Shown here piece after piece: positions 49,703-60,400 of a stretch of DNA of 64,000 nucleotides (its first letter is position 1; every line of letters starts with the position of its first letter). The notes beneath the pieces are model-generated. The model was given only the letters and a program-made list of their open reading frames with translations, ran no database searches and was not told the origin of the DNA. The DNA lies in NCBI GenBank assembly GCA_964035545.1, contig OZ037766.1:3100001-3164000 (forward strand), given 5' to 3'. This DNA is from Bugula neritina. Taxonomy: Eukaryota > Animalia > Bryozoa. The translations under genes and the position numbers were made by a program.

Positions 49703-50510
49703 AAGTAAAAATATACTTAATAATTGAAATAACAAAACTAAAAATATCGGAACTGCCAAAACAATGGTTTATAATGTCATTGGATTGCAATATAGCCAAT
49801 TAATCTTTCGCACAGTTCCGAAATTGTAGAAAATTGCTACAAATTTTAATTAAACAATAAATCATCATATGGAGAAATTGAGAAGAGCCTTTGTTCTAGA
49901 TTAGAAATGTAGCAAAGGAAGTTATTTTTTGGTGAGAATTTTAGCCTGCACCCAAACCATAACTTTTAAAAAAGCTAAAGAGCATAAGCTATTAAAATTT
50001 CATCACTACTGCACTTAGATGATAATTTTAGAGTGTACACCAAAATGCTTCAAATGATAAAAAAAACTAGAGAATGGAACATTAAAAGGATTTGACTCGA
50101 TTTGTTTTGGTTGCTGTATTTTCAACTTAAAAAAGTATTAGTGAGCCAATTATGATGCTTTTGAAACAACAGTATCTATTTGACACAATCTGCATCAGCA
50201 AATTTGCTTGGAGTGATAATTTAATGGATTTTCTAGCATGACTTTGGATTATAGACGCCTTACTTTTCACCATCACAAGGCAAGCATCATTTCGGTACTG
50301 GACACAAAGTAGGACAGGTCACATGACTATGTCATGCATGACATTCCAACACAGTTTCCCACAATAACGTCCAAGGAAATGAAATAAATGACAGTTCATG
50401 CATTTTTCAACTGAGTCATTAAATCTGTTGACGATAAATGAAAACTTTAAATGGTGTAAAACTGGCCCAAAGTTTAGTTGTCTAAAAACAAGGTTGACGA
50501 GAAAAAAAGA

Positions 50511-50900
50511 CTAACCTGACAGATCTGATTACTCGTACCCTCGGGCACCTGTCGGCACATGCCAACACTGCCATCCAAGAGTACACTGACAGCTTTTTTC
50601 TATTCTGTATGGCTGAAATAATATACAAATAAAAGGTACACCTTGACATGTTATATTGTGACTAATCAATGATTTAATTTCCTGCATTCACCAACTGTGT
50701 GGGCACGAAGAAAGGGAAGTACAGGAACAATCAACATTTCAGCATAATGAAAAGCATAAATTGAATGTATTTTAAATGCATGAAAAAATTGCGTAAGTAG
50801 AAAGACCACAAGGTTTTTACAAGTTCAAATTTATTCATAAGTGAAATATGAAAATATATAGATATGGACAAAGCTAGCTGGAAAAAATGACAGACATATC
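50511..50900 (-). pseudogene. Decayed duplicate of EDRF1 exon 52146-52247 plus adjacent intron
   Basis: acactgccatccaagagtacactgacagcttttttc (about 50555-50600) vs acactgtcatccaggagtacactgacagcttgtttc (about 52187-52222). Shared aacctgaca donor and colinear intron blocks (tgtgtgggcac, aatgtattttaaa, cacaaggttt). Has an in-frame TAG and an insertion. Confidence 0.7.
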
Positions 50901-51467
50901 ATCACTAATTCATGTAAAAATGACTTGAAAACATTGATAGGGAAAAAACCTGAACAAATCAAATTTTGAATCCTAATTCAAAAAATTTGGAAAGCACCCA
51001 ATTATCATTCTTGTTTCAACAGGATGTAACAGGTCTCTTATGTAGTCTTGCAGATTTTTCAAGATGTGAGAAACTGAAAAAAATTAAATCTAAAATTTGC
51101 TTATTATCCTCTCTTAGAGAATTCTTTTCACAGAACTCGTATAAACATAATTCTGTAATGAGAAAAGATCCACGATTACTGACTAGCTAGACACAAGTAA
51201 CATAAATGCAACAAGACAGCTGCAAGTTAAGTAAAGCACCGCGAAGGAAGGAAATTAATGCACAAAATAACCAATAAAAACAGCCCATGAAGATATAAAA
51301 TATCCAAAGTATTATTTTAAAGTGACATGAGGTGAAATCTACCAGGAGGATATATAAAGCAGTTTACATTATGTACATGATCAAGTTTGCCAGGTGAGTA
51401 TATGAGTGTATGGAGTGAGAATAGGGACGTCCTGGTGGAGAATATCAAGTTGACATTTCTGTATAGT

Positions 51468-54400
51468 TCACAGTTGAGAGAAGATTTGTTTGGTTTCCGT
51501 GTAGGCCTTGCGAATGTTTTTGCAGAGAAAATTGAAGGACTGTTCCTTTATGTTTATTGACAGGGAAATTTTATACATTTCCTTGTATTTCGCAAGTAAG
51601 CCATCGCGTACAATTTGCTCCTTCCTAAAGGAAAATATGTCACTATTACACCATGTATAAAAGTAATATAATACCATGCTATAACTTTGTACCAACACAA
51701 CTGTCTCACTGCACATACAGCATATACAGGCAAATAATGGTGCATGCCGTAAATTGGAAATATTTATAAATGATAGGACATATCTGAGACGCACCGTGCT
51801 TTCCTAGGATTAGTTTTGGGTGCCGAGGCTTCCCTTACAAGAGCTTTGAGCAGATTCTGTAATTTTTCTGAATAAACAGTCAATAACTTCATAGGATTAT
51901 CCCCCTCGCTTTCTAAATTAATACATCAAACCAACACATTAGCTAGCTTTAGTACAGAGAATAAATAGAAAATAAAACAGCGTTACATCGTGAAAAAAAT
52001 CATAAAAAGTTTGCCCTAGAAGCATTTGATGAAATGTTTCTAATTTGAAATTTGTTTCAACACCTCATATTGTAAAAAAGAAAAAAAAAACTTCCAGAGT
52101 GTTTAATTATCCTAATAGAAGGGTGTGAAAATAGGGGGAACCAACCTGACATGTCAACATTCCAAGCACCCTGGAGGCACCTGCCCACACTGTCATCCAG
52201 GAGTACACTGACAGCTTGTTTCAACATTGTCTGACTGGTATTGTAGTCTGAAAGTGAAAGGCATTTTGACACACAGCTACATGTTTTCACAGGTTGTGTG
52301 GGCACACTGATATCAGAAAATACAATGTATTTTAAACCATCAACAAAATCAATGCCATGACTCATCTTTTTCCCTTCTGATAAAACTAAGCACAAGGTTT
52401 AAATATTATTGCCCAAATTCATGATGTGAGTTAGGGAAAATATTCCCACGACAGAAATAGATTTAGTAATTGTCCTCTCAACCAAAACCTCTACAGGCTT
52501 TTACTAATACAGCTGAAATTACATGAGCATTTTTTAAAATAGAAACTTACAAAACATGTTTCAGGAATTAAACCTGAAAAATAAGCTTTACAGGCGTGTA
52601 GCACATATTTTTGAATACAAAAAGTTTAATGAATTGTTGGTATTTAATTTTGTTTGATATTTAAACGCAAGATTTTTACTTTCAAATGTTATGATTCACA
52701 TTAAATTATTTTTAAGATATCATGCATTAAAATTGTTTTCTTTTAAATGATACTTTCAATTTTCAGTAGAGTGAAAACAGTGTGCAAGATAACTTATTTA
52801 TGAGCAAATGGCTAGAAAAACAACAATAAGCTAAGATGATTAAAATAGAAACTTTTTTAAAAGCAAATGCTACCACACAAAATGTATAATTTTTACACAA
52901 AAGCTACATAATATACTCACGCAGTGATAGAACCAACCTGAAGCACGCTACATAAATTTTGGAGTTGTCCCACTCAGGTTAAGATGCACAAATGTGTATA
53001 CAATAAACTCACTGTTATACTCAAACTCATAGAATGCAGATTTCTCAATCAGAACTCTCAGCAACTGAAAGGAGTTGGTGAATGAGGTGTCAGTAGCCAA
53101 GTAGTAAGCTATAGACTTGTCGTAATGAGAGATTGTAAGGGTGCGGAGTCGTCTCATCTTCATGGAATTCTCCTGAGAGACCTAGATATTATATAATACA
53201 TAACTAATACTGATATAAAATCAATGATTACATAATAAATAAAACAACGCTAGAAGCAAAGGTATCCTGCTACCCAAACAAGACAGAGCAGAAATAGGCG
53301 AGATAAAAGTCAAGGCATACACAGGACATCAAATTTCGAGTGTATTCAATTTTCAAAGAAAAAACATCACATGAGATTCAACATAATGAATTAAACAAAC
53401 CAACAACTGCATAGTGTTAATGCTAGCATTACCGGCGACTAATCTTCAACATGTGGATGCAAATGTACAGCAGACGCTAAAAAACAGTGTCTCTTGACCT
53501 TTAAGGTGACTTTAAGGTCACCTTGAGGTGAGCCTTACCGCGCACTGCCTGTAGGCGTGATGGTTCAAGGAAGCGAGCCGGTGGTGTATGACAGCCTTCC
53601 TGTTTCCTATGACAGTGGGGTGAGACTGACAGAGGCTGCAGTATTTCAATGACTTCCCCATCAAGTCCGTCACTTCCCTCTCCACCTACAACCGCACATA
53701 GTCACATGGCCAGACCAATACCCCCACGATGCATTGCGCAGTATGTTTGAAACCTTCTCTATTTTAAACATAATAAATACTTGTATCATATGTATATAAA
53801 ACTTGTACCAGCTGTAAAATATATAAATTTTGTAGAGCCTATACATTAGATTACATTATTTGCTTGTGATAAAATTATAAGACAAACTACAGACAGTTTT
53901 GAGAAAATTTACTAACATTCTTTCAGTGTTGCCACTACTATTACTACGACAATCTACTAATCAGTGTTTTATTCAGAGAGTAGACTAGGAGTTACCTGCT
54001 CACGAGAGACGATAGAGTCACTGGGGTGGTTATCCTGCAGGAGAGACGCAATAGTGAAGTAAATACCAGACAGTTCGAAATTTATCGTATCCCAAATCTC
54101 CGGCGATGTTTCCTTTTTCTCCAAGACAGCGAGAGCTTCCAGATAGTTTTCTGTTGCCTAAAAAAAGGCCGGCATAAATATATAGCTAGTAATTCATATG
54201 ACCGGGGAGATGTATAAGCTTTTACCAAAAAACCCAACATAACTTTAGGAAATTTTATTTTGTTATGCAGCGGAAAACCCAAGACATCCACGCACAAATG
54301 AATTCTTTACAAAACACAGAGAGTTGTTAAAATCATTGAATGATCTTAAAGAAATAAAAGGAAAAGAAGAATTAGGGACGAGTACAACGCAACATATATT

Positions 54401-57400
54401 AACACAAGTAGAAAAGAGCAAATTGGCATTGTCAATGTGCAAAAACTTTGGTCAGCATTTTGAATAGACAACTCCGTGTAAACAAAATGTATACTATTAC
54501 TAATACATTATTAAAATACACAAAACAAAAGTTTTTGCATGAAAACATCTTAAAATAAATCTTCAAATAGAATTAAATATTTTAATATACTCACTTGTTT
54601 GTAGAGTTGCTTCTCCTGAAAACCGTAGAAGAAGCCATCAGGGGAGAAAGGAAGGATCATCGTCCTGGCCCGGCACAGTTTAGCAGAGTTACACAGTATC
54701 ATAGCGACGTTACATTTATCAGATATGCACCTAAAGTACTCGAGTGCCTTCTGCACGTACTCTGCAGCCGTAGACGCATACGACTCACTTTCACTATGAA
54801 CTCGACTCATGTCTTCCTCACTAGCACCTGGCAACCATATTTGTGTTAAACATTACATCGCTCTTGTTTCTTGATAAAATAACAGGTAATGATTGTATTG
54901 ACACAATGTAGACTTATAGAAACACTTTGAAAATAAAGAATAAGAAACCACATTAAAATAGCCTAATCAGGAGCTTTGATGCAAATCCTGCAATTAACAC
55001 CCAACGGGATGGGAGATGAGATTGGCCACAGATAATTATGCAACCCAGCTAAATAATGCCTGTGTTATTCACAAACAAGTAGATGAATATTCAATTTAGT
55101 AAAAACATCACCTTCATTTTCCGCACAGGTTTTCACAACTTTGTTAATATAAAAGCTGGCTATTTCATTGCAACAATTTCCAAGTCGCTTTGTAATGAGT
55201 ATCTTAGACTTTTCAGCACACGATTTTGACTCCTTCACTTTTTCGTAACATTGGAGAGAAACTAGAAGTGCTTGCTCTGGATCATCATACCAGGTGTATA
55301 GGTGTGAGTAATCTACAGGTATACAATACACAGGTATATAGTATACAGTATATAGTATACAGGTATATAATATACAGGTATACAGGTATATACATGAAGT
55401 ATACAGGTATACAGTATACAGGTATACAGTATGCAGGTATACAGTACACAGGTATACAGTATACAGGTATATAGTATACAGGTATACAGCGTACAGGTAT
55501 ATAGTATACAGGTATACAGTAAATGTTGTCATATTTCACAGCTAAATCATCTCATACTCTCCACGGGGATATCTAACAGTGCACTATCCAGAATCGTCTT
55601 CTCTTGACTACTGAATTCCTCATATTCCCTCCTATACACAGCCATCTTACGAGACTTGGCTGTGATATTAAGTTGAATATCTCCGCACAGCTCAATGACT
55701 TGCTGCAAGAGTTCGTTTCTATTGGCCATTGACTCAGCATCTAATACTGATAGTGCCTCTACAATACCAACTCCATATAGCAGTGTATTCAAAGTATCAA
55801 TTCCAGATAGCAGTGCAGTTACAGTGTCAACTATACATAGTAATGTATTTATAAGATGCAACTTTAGGTAACAATGAAGCTATAAAATTTCAGCTTTTCA
55901 TAATTTTGGCCAAAAATAATAACTATGAATACAATGTATAGCAATCTAAGAATAATGAGAAAACTAGATGGGAAATTTTCAGTCTGTGACATATTTTTAG
56001 ACACCCTGAACTCTAAAGCCAATAAACATAGGAAGTTACATCTAGTCACAAACTGCACCAAGATGCTTCGAATTACGTGAGCGAGAGTGTAAGAGTGTAT
56101 CTGTAAAATACTTACCATAACAGAGAAAGGCAAGCTTGCAGTATTTCAACCCTTTACCATGTTCCATAACCAGATTTGTGGAGAAGGCAAGAGAATGGAA
56201 AGAGAACATGGCCTTACTGAGTAAACCAGCTTTAGACTGCAAATAAGGATATGACAGTGTCATAAGAAAAGAATTCATAGCAAGAGCTGCATGGTATCTG
56301 ATATACCAAGTTTAGTTCCTGCTATTTCAAGTGCTTTTTAATATATTTTGCTAATTTAGCATTTCTAAATTGAAATGAGATTCAAATGACAAAAGTCATA
56401 TTTTCCATGTATTAAATGTTTTTATAGAATTGAATATTTCTCCAAAGTTCATCACATGATATTATGCCACACTAATCTTCACTTTTGACTGACTCTTCAT
56501 AATCTTGTAGAAAATCTTTTATCAGCAATTAAATTGTAATGTTGCTTGTTTCCAAATCAAATAACACTTTCACTCATATATACTCTGAGTAAGGTGTGAC
56601 TAGCAATTATATTGAATATTCACTACCAATGTTTAATATCGCCATTTGCAAAGCATTGTTGTAAAACCTGCTACATTAAGTTGCGTCAAACTTCTGTCAT
56701 AACCTGATCAAACAGCTATAAATTTAACGTGAAACCTAATTATGTGTTTTTAACAACAATATCAAGATTATCCTTCAATAGGAATTTAGGTGTGGAAATA
56801 CTTGTCGTAATCTATTTTGAAAGAGGAGATAATTCCAATATGCAACAACAAAATTTGTTGTCAGGAAACTAATAAGTTATACCTGTCTGTGCCAAGTATT
56901 AGCAGTCAATCTCAGCCTATTGATGACTCGTTCAACTTCAGGCTTTTTACTCTGTAAGGTAGGATTATGAATTACTGGGAGTTGAAAATCAAATGAGTCA
57001 GAAAAAAATTTTCTCACCTATCTCCGCTTTGTCCTGTTTGGGTAGCAGGAAAAAGTCAAATGAAATAAGATTGCTTATAATAAAACATTAGATTTTTTTT
57101 ACTTACTGTTATGCTATCAAACTATAAAAGTTGAAACTTATGCAATTAATTTATCTAGATAAAAGGTACTATAGAAACCTCAGCCGCAAAGTAATAGGAT
57201 TGCCAAACTTATATCATAAATAAATAATGTAAGGCTCTATGGTACACGAATGACACCTTATTTCGATATCTTAATCTCTCACATCAAAGAAAACATATTG
57301 TTACTGCCTACACACTCTGTTGATAAGAATGGGTCAGTATCAACCTTCTGATATTACAAACTGAAAGCTTCCAACATTCAACATTTTCATATGTATTGAG

Positions 57401-60400
57401 CAAAGCATGACCACAAAATAGTCAGAGAAACAATACAAAGATCTCTAAGCACCTGGTCTGTATCTAAAGGTTTATAAGGAAGAGGAATTGCTACAGATGG
57501 AGTAGAGGTCTTTGGCAAATTCTCCATTTTATCAGCTTTCTTCTCCATTTCCGAAATATCTTTATCTACCAGCAGTAACCCCTACAGGAAGAGTTAGATG
57601 TCCAGTGTGTGGAAACGGCTGATAAGCTAACTGACAGATGAATAGTGAAATACCAACACACTATATCATTATGAATATATCTGAATAAAAAGAAGTAAAT
57701 TACAAACTTTAAGATGTCAGTCAAACAAAACACTACAAGTTCTACAGAGAAGTGGCTGTAACATCTGCTTTCAACAGATCAGAATTGATTGTATATATGG
57801 ACATACAGCAATTGAGCTCTCTAAACATGGATAAGAATTCAATATACTTAGCATTATACAAGGCTCGTAATTCTTTTGAGTTCTCTGGCTTTAATTGATT
57901 TTTGCCTTTTGAATATGTAGAAACATTAATTTCTTGCAAAGACATGGGCCATGGTACTCAGTTCTGTGTTGACAAACCCCGAAACAGCTGCGGTACACAG
58001 ATCAAGCTACTCACACAGTAAGCACACACAAGCACACTCAGCCCTAACATTTGACTCGGTAGGTCACCTGAGATATATGATTGATTGCAGTCTCGCAGCG
58101 ACTCTCCTGAGAGCCTGTGATTGGAGGAAACTGTGAAGAGAAATCTGTGACTGAAGTGTCGGGCTGAGTGCTGTACAGCGATGAGATGTCCACCTGACCA
58201 CACGCACCAGATGCTGCCAGGTTCAGCTGACTCGCTGACTCTGTAGGCGGGGCATCCTCGTCTGAAGCACTCTGTATGCATCAACAAGGGATTACTTACA
58301 GTTGTATTGCATCAACAAAGGAATATACATAGTTAGATTATAACTTACTTGACATACTATTGTCAATTTAAGCTAAAGGCATGCAACCCTCAGGATATTA
58401 AATCCAATCTGATTGGATTGCCTTTTTACAAGTACAACTGTCTTATTTTACTAGACATTTCTTACACATCCTCTAGAAGAGAGAAGTTAACACTACTGGG
58501 TAACACATTACTCACGTACAACCTACATGCAGTATGCTTTACTCTAGGTTTGTAGGTTTACACAAATATGCTTTTTAAATAGTTGATCAAGTAATACATT
58601 TGGAATACATCACGTCAGGTTGCATAAGATAAATACAGAGTAGCAGTACCTCAGTAGACTGCAACTCAGTTTCGCTGTCTTGACTTTCCGTGTCTCCTGA
58701 AGCGTCGTCCTCTTCCTGGAGGTGTAACTCGGACAGAATCAGATGAGCAGTTACCTCCACCTGTCAACATTCCACAGAACAGTACAGCACAAACTCAGAG
58801 TTGGCTACCTGCATGTGCCACTACCTGCTGAAATCTGTCTACATGTGCCACTACCTGCTGACACCTGTCTACACGTGCCACTACTTGCTGACGCCTGTCT
58901 ACATGCGCCACTACTACCTGCTGACACCTGTCTACATGTGCCACTACCTGCTGACACCTGTCTACATGTGCCACTACTTGCTGACGCCTGTCTACATGCG
59001 CCACTACCTGCTGACATCTGTCTACATGTGCCACTACCTGCTGGCACCTGTCTACACGTGCCACTACTTGCTGACGCCTGTCTACATGCGCCACTACTAC
59101 CTGCTGACACCTGTCTACATGTTTCATAGTGACACTTGTCAATCACTAACTATTAGGCAACATAACCAGGTCAATTTCCTTTCCCAGAACAGGGAATGGA
59201 ACTAGTCTACAAGAAACGCCGTATCTTTCTTGTCACCTACCCTAGCTCTGTATTTGAAAACTAGTTTGATCAGTAAGTATAATAAGAATTCAACCTTGAA
59301 GTTTGAAAATAACTGAAACAGGAACAGGAGCAAGCCAAAGCTAAATTTCAAGGATTCGAACCTCGGGGTTAGTTTCAGTGGCTAGAGTAAGACTATTAGT
59401 GAGGAGGGTTTGTATAACGCCCGACTTGGCTGGGTTTCTCTTCTTGTGTAATGTTAGGGCTACTTTGAAGAGTAAGACAGCGAGTGGATGTCTGAAGGGG
59501 TTCTCCCTGCTCTGTTCACATCCTGTCAGCGACGTGAGGTCATAGAGTTTCACCAAGTCATCATCCTGAGCTGAACAGACACAGACTAATGAGTTGGTTT
59601 GATGATAAAAAGCTTCAGTAGACAAAATTAGAATATTTAAAATTGAGTGGAAATTGCAATGAGACTAGTCAGCATTAGAATACGTGTCATGAAACAAAAT
59701 TGCTGATGACTAGATTGGTAACAGACTGGGCATTGTTTCAAAGTTGAAAACGCCTATTTACAAAAGATATCAGCATTACATACATTGGTGAAAAGTACAC
59801 CCACCTTTATACAGCCAGTAGGTGTGCCCGACTTGTGTAGCGTTAGATCGAAGGAAACTGAGGATATTCTGAGCTACGTATGTAATGAACTCAGGCTTGA
59901 ACTCTGACCCCTTTATGTTTGGTATGTCTGATGTACTGAATCTTTCATATTTCTGTAAACAGGAAGCTTTACATTTAGATAAGACAACTCCAAACAAGAA
60001 CATAACACCGGATTTCCTAAGAGAATTAATTAAAATTGAAAAAATGGTTGGTTTTAAATAAATAAAAAGTCAAGCTGATGTAGAAAGGGACTGTAGAAAT
60101 GTAAGGCTGGTTATCCAACAAACAGGAAAGCTTGTGTTTTAGTTTGGATTATCAGCAAATCTATTTAGAGGGGTGGCAGTCAACCCTACTCGGAGGAAAC
60201 AGACTCGTTTCAGCAAAACTTAGCTATCATACAAAGTTGGCAACCGTTTTGATTTGTCTAAAATTCGAAGAAGTCCACTTAGATTATTGGACTAAACAAT
60301 TGCGTATTCCTAAAGTGTCAACATCAATAGCAATTTTCCTAACTTGCAATAGGGCAGCAGAGAATGTAGTTTGGTAGTATCTAGTTACTAATAGACTACT

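Noticed and set aside
55226-55539. YTGIQ/CIPVY/YTVYL repeat ORFs
   Set aside because: Translation of the 15-bp intronic array. Only 55312-55112 is exonic.
58743-59205. Four overlapping repetitive ORFs
   Set aside because: Artefact of 30/33-bp units. The flanking EDRF1 exons join in phase without them.
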